DNA of 64,000 nucleotides from Eledone cirrhosa (taxonomy: Eukaryota): positions 101,680,001-101,744,000 of the forward strand of contig OZ024745.1 of NCBI GenBank assembly GCA_964016885.1. Reading direction: 5' to 3'. The position numbers were made by a program, and so were the translations under genes. Below the pieces are notes generated by a model. It was not told where the DNA came from. It saw only the letters and a program-made list of their open reading frames with translations, and searched no databases. Positions 27,681 to 39,232 of this stretch are shown in pieces. Numbering within the stretch: the stretch's first letter is position 1; every line of letters starts with the position of its first letter.

Positions 27681-29859
27681 AATGATGACGGCGTACTTGC
27701 CATCACCGACGCTGATAAAAAGGTAGCTTGGAAGTGTCACTATGAAAGGCTACTAAATGAGGAGAATAAATGGGAGAAAGACAGTCTCCCCCACATCGAC
27801 CCAATAGAGGGACCAGCAGTGTTAGTCGAGGGTAGTATAATAAGTAAGGCAATCAAGGATATGAAGACGGGTAAGGCGGCTGGGCCTTCGGAAATAGTTG
27901 CTGAGATGCTGAAGGCATCTGGCACGGTGGGACACACCATGGTCACCCGGATAGTTAACCAAGTCGTACAGAATGGGGTTGTTCCGAAGGACTGGCATAG
28001 CAGTATCATCGTTAACTGTTATAAGGGTAAAGGAGATGCCCTAGATAGGAGTAACTATAGAGGCATTAAATTAATCGACCAGGTCATGAAGGTCACGGAA
28101 AAAGTAATAGCGCAACTAATCAGAGAGAGAATTGACCTAGATGAAATGCAGTTCGGGGTTTGTGTCAGGCAAAAGTACCACAGACGCTCTTTTCATTGTA
28201 CGTCAACTACAGGAGAAGTACCTAGCTAAAGGTAAACCCCTCTACTTAGCTTTTGTCGACTTGGAGAAAGCCTTCGACAGAGTCCCCCGTTCCATTATCT
28301 GGTGGGCCCTTAGAAAACTAGGTGTCGACAAATGGCTTGTGAGAGCTATACAAGCCATGTATAAAGAAACAGTCAGCAAGGTTAGAATTAACAACGAATA
28401 TAGTGAAGAGTTTAGCGTAAAAGTTGGCGTCCATCAGGGCTCTTTTCTCAGCCCCCTACTATTTATTATTGCCCTTCAGGCTATAACAGAGGAGTTCAAG
28501 ACCGGCTGCCCATGGGAACTCCTATACGCAGACGACCTGACACTCACAGTTGAATCAATGGCCGAGCTAGAGAAGAAATTCCAAACATGGAAGCATGGCC
28601 TAGAATCAAAAGGCCTTAAAATTAACCTGGCTAAGACTAAAGTTCTAGTTTGTAGGAAAGAAAATAAGGCGGCGGTCCCTTCCGGGAAATGGCCATTCTC
28701 AGTGTGTAGGAAAGGCGTAGGTAGAAACTCCATTTTATGTCCCAAATGCAAAGTATGGGTGCATAAAAGATGTAGTGGGATCACAGGTAAACTAACTAAG
28801 AACTTAGCTTTTACATGTGGGCGGTGCTCTGGTGCAATAAGTAGCAGCGAGTGCCCACAAAATACTAGCTCTTACAACTGCGCAGAGGGCTCTATAGAAA
28901 TAGTGGACAGCTTCCGTTACCTGGGTGACAAAATCAGCAGTGGGGGAGGGTGCTCTGAAAGTACAGTAGCTAGAGTCAGAACTGGATGGAAAAAGTTCAG
29001 AGAGCTTATACCACTATTAGCCGCTAAAGGGTTCTCCCTAAAAATGAAAGGCAGGTTGTATGATGCCTGCATACGAACAGCAATGTTGCATGGCAGTGAA
29101 ACCTGGGCATTGTGTGCAGAGGATATACACAGACTAGAGAGGAACGAAGCTTGCATGCTCCGCTGGATGTGCAATAGTAATATACGTGAACGGCAAAGCA
29201 TAAACGAACTAAGGAAAAAATTAGAAATAAGAGGGATCAGATGTTGTTTACTCAAGAGAAGGCTACGTTGGTATGGACACGTGATGCGCATGAAAGTCGA
29301 TAGCTGTATAACAAAGTGCAGGGCAATAAAGATAGACGGTAGCCACGGAATAGGCAGACCTAGAAAATCCTGGGACGAGCTGATAAACTCCAACCTCACA
29401 CACTTACACCTCTCCAAGACAATGTCACTGGACCGAGACCTTTGGCGGTACTCAGTAATAGAGAAGACCCGCCTTACCTAAATGCATAGTAAAACCTACT
29501 ACAGCCAGTAGACATCTCTAACAAAATACACCCCCGTCCCACCATCCCCACCCCATCCACACCACCCCCTCCTATGTAAAGTTATGTTGGTGCCACACCA
29601 TCCAGGCCGAAACAAATGAGATTGTGTAGGTGTCACGACAAAAAAACACACAGTCCACGCTGTAATGTGGCCGTGTAGGCAACACGGTAAAAACCTCCCA
29701 GACCCACACTGTAAATGTGGCTGGTGTTAGGAAGGGCATCCAACTGTAGAAAACCTGCCAGACAGTCCTATGCGAGCAAGACAATCACTCTTGCCTCAAG
29801 TGGGAATACCCCCGTCCAAACCCATGCAAGCGTGGAACACGGACGTTAAACGTTGATGA

Positions 29860-29863
<4 letters not shown>
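27681..29863 (+). mobile_element. RTE-type LINE subfamily B, 5'-truncated: RT + PHD + ~380-bp 3' UTR
   Basis: ORFs 27819..28229 and 28141..29481 (one frameshift near 28155) with KAAGP, NYRGIKL, FVDLEKAFD, YADD; ends GTTGATGATGAT. Confidence 0.95.
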
Positions 29864-29903
<40 letters not shown>

Positions 29904-29955
29904 GAAGATAAATTAAATTTTGTTTATGTAGATGTTCCAGTTTTTCCTGGTACCA

Positions 29956-29987
<32 letters not shown>

Positions 29988-29990
<3 letters not shown>

Positions 29991-30262
29991 TCATCATCAT
30001 ACGTCTGCTTTTCCCTGCTTGCAAGAGTGGAACGGGTCCTATTCAGCACAGCATTTCTCCACTTGTCACGGTCCTTCATCATCTCCTCCGTGAGCTTCAG
30101 CGATCTGAGGTCTGCTCTCACCACCTCCGCCCATGTTTTTCGTGGTCTTCCTCTACTGCATCTTCCTTCTACTGGGATTTCTTGGCACTTCTTTACCCAG
30201 CGGTCATCCTCCATGTGCATCACATGTCCATACCATCTCAGTCTTCTCTCTCACACACCACA
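29988..30262 (-). mobile_element. RTE subfamily A 3' end (left part of an interrupted copy)
   Basis: ORF 29924..30223 closely matches ORF 8497..8745. Confidence 0.9.
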
Positions 30263-30279
30263 ACTTATCCATCAGATAA

Positions 30280-31291
30280 GCTTAATTAAGAATGGAAGCT
30301 TAATTAAGAATGTAGGCTTCACATGCAGCAGCTGTGCTGGGACAGCAAGCAGCAAACAGCCACAGGAAACAAGTACCACCAATCTCTGGGAGGGCTCTGT
30401 AGAAACAGTAGACAGCTTCTGCTACCTAGGTGACCGAATTAGCAGCGGAGGTGGGTGTTCAGAAAGTACAATAACTAGGGTAAGAACGGGATGGAAGAAG
30501 TTTAGGGAACTTCTATCACTGCTAGCTGCAAAAGGCTTTTCCCTCAAAATGAAAGGCAGACTGTATGATGCGTGTATCCGAACAGCGATGTTGCATGGTA
30601 GTGAGACCTGGGCGCTGAAGGTGGAAGACTTACGTAGATTTGAGAGAAACGAAGCCTGCATGCACCGATGGATGTGTAATAGTAATATACCCGAACGACA
30701 AGGCATAAATGAATTGAGAGAGAGACTGAGCATAAGATAAATCAATTGCTGTGTGCAGGAGAGGCGGTTGCGTTGGTATGGACATGTGATGCATATGAAG
30801 GATGACAGCTGCATAAAAAGGTGCAGAGCACTAGAAGTTGATGGAAACCGCGGAGTGGGGAGACCCAAAATGACCTGGGATGAGGTGATAAAAGCCGACC
30901 TTACCCAATTACACCTCTCAAAGGCGATGGCACACAACCGTGACCTCTGGCGTCGCGCAGTAATACAGAGTAACCGACCTCCCATGGGTACAAGCTGAAG
31001 CATATAGACAATACGCCCCCACACCCCCCACTGCAAGGTGGTCGTGGAGGTGCTACGGCAAAAAAGCACCCAGCCCACACTGTAAAGTGGACATGTAGGC
31101 GCCGCGAAAAAGCACCTAGCACTCACTGTAAATGAGGTTGGTGTTAGGAACGGCATCCAGCTGTAGAAATCAAGCCAAATCAGTTCCTGAATGAGCAAGG
31201 CATGGTCAGCCGACCAGACACTGCCCACAACAGGACAACCCTTCTAACCCATGCTAGCGTGGAAGAACGGACGTAAAACGGTGATGATGAT
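30280..31291 (+). mobile_element. RTE subfamily C, 5'-truncated, nested inside a subfamily A copy
   Basis: ETVDSFCYLGD...HGSETW...RWYGHV; 3' UTR ends ACGGTGATGATGAT. Confidence 0.9.
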
Positions 31292-31780
31292 TCTCTCTCA
31301 ACTCCTCTATGCTTGGTCGTTCATGCACATTGACATTGCACATCCAACGGAGCATGCTTGCTTCATTTCTCTCCAGCCGTCGCATATCTTCTGCAGTTGC
31401 TGCCCATGTCTCACTACAATAAAGCATTGCGCATCTCACACAGGCATCATATAACCAGGCTTTCGTACGCAAAGAGAAACCCTTCTTTGTCAACAGAAGA
31501 AGCAGCTCCCTAAACTTCTTCCAACCTATCCTTATTGTAGATACTATGGCCTTGGAACACCCCTCTCCCATGCTAATCTGATCACCTAGGTACCGGAAGC
31601 TATCGGCCACTTCTATAGAACCCACCTGCATTTGAAAAATGTGTCTATTACTGCAACTTCTTCTGTCAAATTTTCCTGTACATCTGCATACATAGTTTTC
31701 CCTACCTGTTAGTTTGCCTGCTATCCCACTACATCTCTTGTGTACCCAAGAGCTGCACTGTGTACATTTTATAGAGTTAT
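31292..31780 (-). mobile_element. RTE subfamily A internal part (right part of the interrupted copy)
   Basis: ORF 31254..31631 matches the corresponding part of ORF 7593..8549. Confidence 0.9.
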
Positions 31781-31867
31781 GCGTGGAAGATACACATGAT
31801 CTTTAGTGCTTTTTGCTTATTACACCATAGTCTGCTGATTGGAATGACTGGCTCACAAATATATATA

Positions 31868-32007
31868 TATATTTGAAAAAAAGGAAAAGAATGACTTCAC
31901 TTGTAGTTCTAAACAATTTGATTTAATTTTATATTATAATGTTATAAAATCAAATCAAATTGTTTAGAACTACAAGTGAAGTCATTGTTTTCCTTTTTTA
32001 AAATATA
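31868..32007. repeat. Near-perfect inverted repeat (arms ~65 bp)
   Basis: AATGACTTCACTTGTAGTTCTAAACAATTTGATTT is mirrored by AAATCAAATTGTTTAGAACTACAAGTGAAGTCATT. Confidence 0.9.
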
Positions 32008-32048
32008 CCTAACTTTACCAAGGATCTCACACATTTTCCTATATATAT

Positions 32049-32376
32049 GGAGGCACATGGCTCAGTGGTTAGAGCATTGGCCTTGCAATCGAAAGCTTGT
32101 GAGTTCAATTCTCAGACCGGGTGATGTGTTGTTTCCTTGAGCCAGACACTTTATTTCACATTGCTCCAGTTTACTCAGCTGTAGAAATGAGATGATAGGG
32201 ACTGGGGTCCATATCATTCCACTGCAAAGTGGTCGTGGAGGTGCCACGGCAAAATAGCACCCAGCACTCACTGTAAATGAGGTTGGTGTTAGGAAGGGCA
32301 TCCAGCTGTAGAAATTAAGGCAGAATCAATTCCCGTCCCACCCTTGCAAGCAGGGAAAAGCGGACATAAAATGAAA

Positions 32377-32380
<4 letters not shown>
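32049..32380 (+). mobile_element. tRNA-derived SINE family 2 with a chimeric RTE-derived tail
   Basis: A-box TGGCTCAGTGG, B-box GAGTTCAATTCTC, CCTTGAGC.AGACACTT core; tail matches LINE 3' ends in this window. Confidence 0.88.
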
Positions 32381-32468
<88 letters not shown>

Positions 32469-32779
32469 GTATAGGGGCAAGAAAAATTGTATCTGTAGTC
32501 AGTGGGGAAATAACAATTGAATGAGCTGAATGCAGTATACCACGTTGTTAGAATGTGCTGAATATAACAAGCTACTGGAGAAATTCATGCAAAATCAGAG
32601 ACGAGAATACATACTGAGGCATATCTGAGGATCTTTTGATTCCAGAGTCAGGTTTGATCAATGATAGATCGTTCCTTGAGCTGATCGTCAGTGAAACATA
32701 TGTAATATGTTATTAAATATGTTATGATGCAACACTGTCTCTTTGTTCCTTTATTCTTATACTATATATATATATATAG

Positions 32780-33573
32780 AAGTGGTTACACAAAAGTTAG
32801 TTCACCGGATCCTCAGCTCGTAATGGACATGGTTATATGGAACAGGAAGGACAACCGTACAAACGCGCATGCGCAGAAATGATCACTTCACACAGGCAAT
32901 ACTAAATTGCGTGCGAGAGGTGTGAGGGAGATAACTGCGAAGGTCCAAAAGTTTCTGGTTGATAAGAAAATTAGGATGTTGTTGTAATTCAATCCGGAGC
33001 TTTGTAGTTATGTAAGAGGTGTTTCCAGTTGTGAGGACAATGCGTGAAGAATTCATATCTTGTGTTTAGGCAATCACTATTGCGTAATCTCTTTAGAATA
33101 TTTATTCGTTCATAAATAAATAGTCCACACGACGGATTGCCCCTTGTGTATGGCTTGGACTTAGTGATGGCTTTCCATTGAATGGAGTAGTCTATACATG
33201 AGTCCTTGAGGGACCATACGTGGCTCGCGAGTTTCGTGGATGAACGTCTGTCCAGGTACCTAAAGGTTGATTGGTGGTTCAGGAAGCGTTCCTTAAATCA
33301 GTTCTCCGCCATACCCACATAGGATTTGACCTCCTGTGGTTGATTTGGTCGGTTGGACGTGACCACAGCTTCATAAACTACAGCAGGTGTGTTGCATTGC
33401 TGTTGAAGGGGACAAGCTTCGAGCTTACGGCAAGAGCACCCTGGTGGGGTGTTGCTCTTAGGGCTGTTGGTGATGTGGGCCTTCATGTTCTTAGCGCAGG
33501 AGTATCCTAGTTTTACTTTGTGTCGGTTAAAGATGGAGTGGTATTTATGACCTATGGGAAAGTGTCTATTGAA
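32780..33573 (-). mobile_element. Penelope-like element 3' part with C-terminal GIY-YIG endonuclease
   Basis: HSIFNRHKVKLGYSC..NM, CSC...CPL..C, VVYEA...YVGMAEN*FKERFLNH...TKLASHVWSLK...LNTRYE..HCPH; the frame continues to a stop at 32989. Confidence 0.85.
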
Positions 33574-34140
33574 CGTAGTCGATGGTGTTATGTAACATAA
33601 ATATCTTGATATTGTCCTACCCATGCTAGCGTGGAAGATGGATGCTAAACCATGATACATGATTGCGTCACTGAGTATGTTATATCCCATGTAACATACT
33701 CAGTGACACAAGGAGTATTCCACAAAGTAATATAATATAAACAGGATATCAGTAAAACTTAGGCAACATTTGTTGAAGTTCAAAGAAACATTTATTATAC
33801 AATAGAGTCTCTAACACATGTTTCAATACAGTTATGTAATCACCTTCCAAAGCTGAATTGCTACATAATCCGCTATCTTGCACTGCATTGTTAAATTCTG
33901 CATATCATCAGAGAGATTTGGAAGAAACTAAAGTTATGTGGATGAGTGGATGTGCGTATATAGTAAATTTATGCATGTATCCAGATATGAATTCCTCACC
34001 GATGTATCTATGGTCAAATATATTTGATAATTTACATGTAAATTTAAGCAAATATACATGCATGTGTACAAGCAAAACTGAAAGTTGCCAATAGACTGTG
34101 TTAGTGGGTCATTATAGGAAATAGGAGTGGATTGGCATTA

Positions 34141-34330
34141 GGCGGTGGATTGGCAGTATCGGTAGAGGATCGGACGCCATGCTTTCTAGCATAGTTACGT
34201 CCCTTTACGATCTGAGTTGAAATCCCGCCGAGGTTGACTTTGCCTTTCATCCTTACGGGGTCGATAAAATAAAGTACCAGTAATGCACTGGGTAATTGCT
34301 GGCCTTGTGCCTAAAGTAGAAACAATTATA
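34141..34330 (+). mobile_element. SINE family 1
   Basis: Full consensus; 20-bp TSD ATTATAGGAAATAGGAGTGG at 34111-34130 and 34325-34344. Confidence 0.9.
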
Positions 34331-34832
34331 GGAAATAGGAGTGGCAATAAGTACAAAAGTATAGTTTGATTGGTCAGTTGCTGCTTGTTGTGAAGCATAG
34401 TTCACTAGGGGTGTGGGCCTGTTCAAATAGGCTGGAGAGAGAATGTATTTTAGGGAGAGGTGTAAATTAGGGCAATATTTATTTATGGAGAAAAAAGAAA
34501 GGATCAGGACAGATAATAATAAGATAAAACAATTGTTATCTGTCATGTAGACTGGTTGATGGCGCCATTCAGGAGGAGGAAAAAGAAGTAGATTGTTGAC
34601 AGGTTGAAATAAAGATATATGACTAATAAAAGTGAGTTGATGTGGATGTGTATAGATACTGGGTTTATCCTAAAAATAGATGGAGATATTTGATCAAATC
34701 TGATATAGTTGGTGCTGTTTCTGATGAGAATATCTATTTAAAGTAACGCAGTGTTGTGTCTATTATCTAACCCTAACATCCTCGACGTAACCCTCAATGT
34801 CAACTCTGGTCTTTTCAGATTTTTCCATGAAA

Positions 34833-35023
34833 ATAATTGTTTCTACATTTGGCACAAGGCCAGCAATTATCCCAGTGCATTACTCGTGCTTTATGTTATC
34901 GACCCCGTAAGGATGAAAGGCAAAGTTAACCTCGGCGAGATTTGAACTCGGACCGTAAAAGCCCATAACTCTATGCTACTAAGCATGGCGTCCGACCCTC
35001 TACCAATACTGCCAATCCTCCGC
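34833..35023 (-). mobile_element. SINE family 1
   Basis: Reverse-complement copy; TSD TTCCATRAAAATAAT at 34823 and 35029. Confidence 0.88.
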
Positions 35024-35304
35024 TCTTCTTCCATAAAAATAATGACAAGCTCACATATATTGGCAGGCAACCTAACCACCCTCAATCCATCATCAACTCA
35101 ATTACAAATAATGTCTTTATGGATATCCCCACTATTCACATCCCAAACCACCTTTAATACACATGGGTGCTCTTATAATATGGCACTATGAAAGGTTTCT
35201 ATGGATCTTTTTGGGGATTGAAAAGGGAGTATATCACTAAGATTCTTACTATCAATTTTTTGAGCATCTATTAAATATAAAGTCTTTCTTTCCTGTTAGT
35301 ATGC

Positions 35305-35610
35305 TGCTATCTTGCTACACCTCTTGTGTACCCAAGATTTGCACTGTGTAGATAGTATAAAGTTTTTAGCTACTCCTTTCTGCATATCAAGCAAGCCCAT
35401 TTTCCTGATGGGATTAGACTCTTGTCTTCTTTCCTACTTTGGTTTTTGCTGAGATTAATCTTAGCCCCTTTGATTCTGTTTCAATGATGTGAATTTGTTC
35501 TCTGGTTCTTCTGCTGTTTTAGCTATAAGAATCAGATCATCAGCATACAGAAGTTCCCATGGACACCATGTCTTAAACTCACCTATTATGGCGTGAAAGA
35601 CTATAACACA
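35305..35610 (-). mobile_element. RTE (PHD type) internal fragment
   Basis: FKTWCPWELLYADDLILIA in ORF 35461..35700. Confidence 0.8.
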
Positions 35611-35847
35611 CATTCTCACACTGAACCTAGCACTATTAATTATTAGGTTCTGTGTGAGAATGTGCCACATATTCTGTTGTAACAGCAATGGCCAGAACAA
35701 TGCAATGAATCAAGTGTATATTTTCTTTGAAATTTTAAAATTACTAGAAATATATTTGAGTATCTTTTTTTTTTTTTACTAATTAAAAATTTATTTAGTA
35801 ATTTCAAACTTTTATTAAATTATAATCACTTCTCTTGTTTTTATCAG

Positions 35848-36466
35848 GATCTCAACATTGGAGTGAATCTCATTAAAGTTTTTATCAATGACAAGTTAAT
35901 GTACACTGGAAATGTTGAGAAAGGTTGTGGTAACCACATCTTTGATTTTAGTAGTAATATTGAAGTATCTGTCTCTTCTAATAATGATTCCTCTTCATCT
36001 TCTATGCAACCATCAACACCAGGCACCAACACTAATTCATTAACAAGACATAGTTCTACTAACTGTGATTTATCAAAACACTTACGTAAAAAAGATACTG
36101 CATCTTCAGCACCTGCTTCTCGATGTACATCCAGAGGTAGAAAAAGATCCATTTCTCTTTCTCCTTTATCTCCTCCACTCAGTGCTGGTCATCCTGTTTC
36201 TAGAAAACATCACCTTCCTTTAACTAATTCTCATGAAGAAATTATTGATAACAGCAAAGATCTCAGTTTCTCTCTGCTTGCATCAAAAGAATCTTGTTTT
36301 GTAAAAAGTAAATCTCCATGTCCATCGAGAAAAAACTGCTCTCCTCGAGATAAATTTGACATTTCTAACCAGAAGGAACCTTGGGATGTATTATTTTCTG
36401 AAAATGATCGAAATTCTCCTCAGGATACTTCACGAAAACTATCACTTGACAGCTATTCTCCCAATG
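35848..36466 (+). CDS. KATNIP: KATNIP-like exon 6 (DLNIGVNLIKVFINDKLMYTGNVEKGCGN, then Ser-rich linker)
   Basis: ttgtttttatcag acceptor, G|GTAAGT donor. DL.IG..KVF.N..G..EKGCGN completes the DUF4457 repeat; matches ORF 35863..36495. Confidence 0.92.
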
Positions 36467-36771
36467 GTAAGTACAGGAACTATTTTTTTTTATGATTTCT
36501 TTATCTAAGAGATAATGGCTGTTGAGATTGTCTAGATGGCTAAATACAAAACTAGCTTCTTATTTTCTTACCATATTTTTTAAAAACTAATTTCAAGCCA
36601 AAGTTGACTTTAAAGAAGAGTAAATAGAATATGTATAATATATCTTACTTAAATCTGACTATTGTATTATTCTCCCTCTATAATTTGTTTTGTGCTTTGT
36701 AATAGAAACTCATCATAATAGTAAATAGTAAGGCTATATTCTCAGGAGGAAAAGCAGTACCCATGACTCTT

Positions 36772-37990
36772 TTCAGTGGTTCTGGTGGTTGTGGTAGTAG
36801 TGATGGGAGTGATGGTGGTTCTGGTGGTAGTAATGGTGGTTGTTGTGGGTGTAATGGTTGTTATGATGGTTGTGGTGGTGGTTGTTGTGGGTGTAATGGT
36901 TGTTATGATGGTTGTGGTGGTGGTTGTGATGGTAGTGATGGTGGTTGTGGTGGTAGTGATGGGAGTGATGGTTGTGGTTGTGATGGTAGTGATGGTGGTA
37001 GTGGTGGTAGTGATGGGAGTGATGGTTGTGGTGGTTGTGATAGTAGTGATGGTGGTTGTTGTGGTTGTGATGGGAGTGATGGTGATTGTGATATTAGTGA
37101 TGGTGGTTGTGTTGGTGGTGATGGCGATGGTGGTTGGGGTGGTAGTGATGGTGGTGGTGGTAGTGATGGTAGTGATGGTGGTAGTGGTGGTAGTGATGGT
37201 GGTTGTAGTGGTAGTGGTAGTGATGGTAGTGATGGTGGTAGTGGTGGTAGTGATGGTGGTTGGGGTGGTAGTGATGGTAGGGATGGTGGTGGTGGTGGTG
37301 GTTGTGGTGGTAGTGATGGTAGTGATGGTGGTTGTGGTGGTAGTGATGGTGGTACTGATGGTGGTACTGATGGTGGTTGTAGTGGTAGTGATGGTGGTAG
37401 TGGTGGTAGTGATGGTGGTGGTGGTAGTGATGGTGGTGATAGTGGTGGTAGTGATGGTGGTTGTGGTGGTAGTGATGGTAGTGATGGTGGTTGTGGTGGT
37501 AGTGATGGTAGTGATGGTGGTAGTGATGGTGGTAGTGATGGTGGTTGTGGTGGTAGTGATGGTGGTAGTGATGGTGGTTGTGGTGGTAGTGGTGGTGGTT
37601 GTACTGGTGGTGATGGTGGTTGTGGTGGTAGTGATGGTGGTTGTGGTGGTAGTGATGGTGGTTGTGGTGGTAGTGATGGTGGTTGTGGTGGTGGTTGTGG
37701 TGGTGGTTGTGGTGGTTGTGGTGGTGGTTGTGGTGGTAGTGATGGTGGTTGTGGTGGTGGTTGTGGTGGTAGTGATGGTGCTAGTGGTGATGGTGGTTGT
37801 GGTAGTGGCGGTAGTGATGGTGGTTGTGATGTTAGTGATGGTGGTTGTGGTAGTGGTGGTAGAGATGGTGGTAGTGACAGTAGTGATGTGGTTGTGACAG
37901 TAGTGATGGTGGTTATGGTGGTTGTGACAGTAGTGATGGTGGTTGTGGTGGTAGTAATGGTGGTTGTGATGGTGGTAGTGATGATGGTGT
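36772..37990. repeat. 1.2-kb degenerate (GGT/GAT/AGT/TGT)n trinucleotide tract
   Basis: Read directly; source of the Thr-, Pro-, Val- and Gly-rich ORFs. Confidence 0.95.
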
Positions 37991-38381
37991 TTTTCAGATG
38001 ACAGATTAAAGTCACCATCCACATAGGTCCTGGTTGAATTTGAACTTAAAATGAAAGAAAATCTCGTACAAATACTCCCAAACATATTACCTTACACTTC
38101 AATGATTCTCTTTGTCCAACATTTTAGACAAGCTCTGTATTTATTGACTCTAGAAGGATGAATTTCAAAGTCAACATTAGTGAGATTTGAAATCAGAACA
38201 CCAGGATCTGTAATAAATACCACAAGGCATTTGTCCTTTGCTCTAATGCTACTGCCAAGTCACTGTCTACCATCTTTATCATCATAATCTTCATCTGCTT
38301 CCTTAACATTTGTATTTTGCTACTGTTCTTTTATTTAGCATGTTTATCCACATTTTGGATCATGTTTAGACATACTCACCC

Positions 38382-39232
38382 TCATCATCATCATCATCAT
38401 CATTGTTTTATGTTCATTCTTCCACACTAGCATGGGTTAGACGAGTTGTCCTGTTGTGAGCAATGCCAGGTCAGTTGACCGTGTCTTGCTAATACAGAAC
38501 TGGTTTTGACTTGGTTTCTACAGCTGGATGCCCTTCCTAACACCAACCTCATTTACAGTGAGTACTGGGTGCTTATTACTGTGGCACCTACACGACCTCT
38601 TTACAGTGTGGACTGGATGCTTTCTGTTGTATCACCAGCACAACCACTTTACAGTGTAGACTAGGTGCTTTCTGTTGTGGCACTTATATGACTACTTTAC
38701 AGTGTGGACTGGATGCTTTCTGTTGTATCACCAGCACGAACACTTTACAGTGTAGACTGGGTGCTTATTACTGTGTCACTTATATGACTACTTTACAGTG
38801 TGGACTGGATGCTTTTTGATGTATCACCAGCACGACCACTTTACAGTGTAGACTGGGTGCTTTCTGCTGTGGCACTTATATGACTACTGTACAGTGTGGA
38901 CTGGATGCTTTTTGTTGTATCACCAGCACGACCACTTTACAGTGTAGACTGGGTGCTTTCTGTTGTGGCACTTATATGACTACTTTACAGTGTGGACTGG
39001 ATGCTTTTTGTTGTAACACTTACACGACCACTTTACAGTGAGTACTGGGTGCTTTTTACCGTGGCACATCTACACAACCAGTTTACAGTGTGGACTGGGT
39101 GTTTTTTGTTGTGGCACCTACATGACCACTTTACAGTTTGGACTGAGTGTTTTTTTGTTGTGGCACTTACATGACCACTTTACAGTGGGAAAGAGGTGGG
39201 GGCATGCTGTATATATGCTTCAGCTTGTGTGT
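38382..39232 (-). mobile_element. RTE subfamily C-type 3' UTR with an expanded internal ~40-bp tandem array
   Basis: (CAT)n end, CCCTTCCTAACACCAACC motif, about 15 units of ACTTTACAGTGT..ACTGG.TGCTT. Confidence 0.8.

Noticed and set aside
28141-29481. 446-aa RT ORF as an active or domesticated gene
   Set aside because: 5'-truncated, frameshifted upstream, lacks the endonuclease and has a mutated PHD Cys; a dead LINE copy.
32049-32125. tRNA gene
   Set aside because: A/B boxes are present but run straight into SINE core and tail, with no clean cloverleaf or terminator. The same holds for family 1 heads.
33298-33300. In-frame UGA as selenocysteine, as reported for some Naiad elements
   Set aside because: The position is not a conserved Cys site, CGA-to-TGA decay is simpler, and no SECIS was recognised.
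36742-38085. 447-aa Thr-rich mucin-like ORF and overlapping Pro/Gly/Val-rich ORFs
   Set aside because: All are readings of one degenerate trinucleotide tract, open in four frames, with no splice context.
38550-39190. Regularly spaced repeats resembling a CRISPR array
   Set aside because: The intervening parts are themselves repeated, there are no unique spacers or cas genes, and the array sits inside a LINE 3' UTR in eukaryotic DNA.
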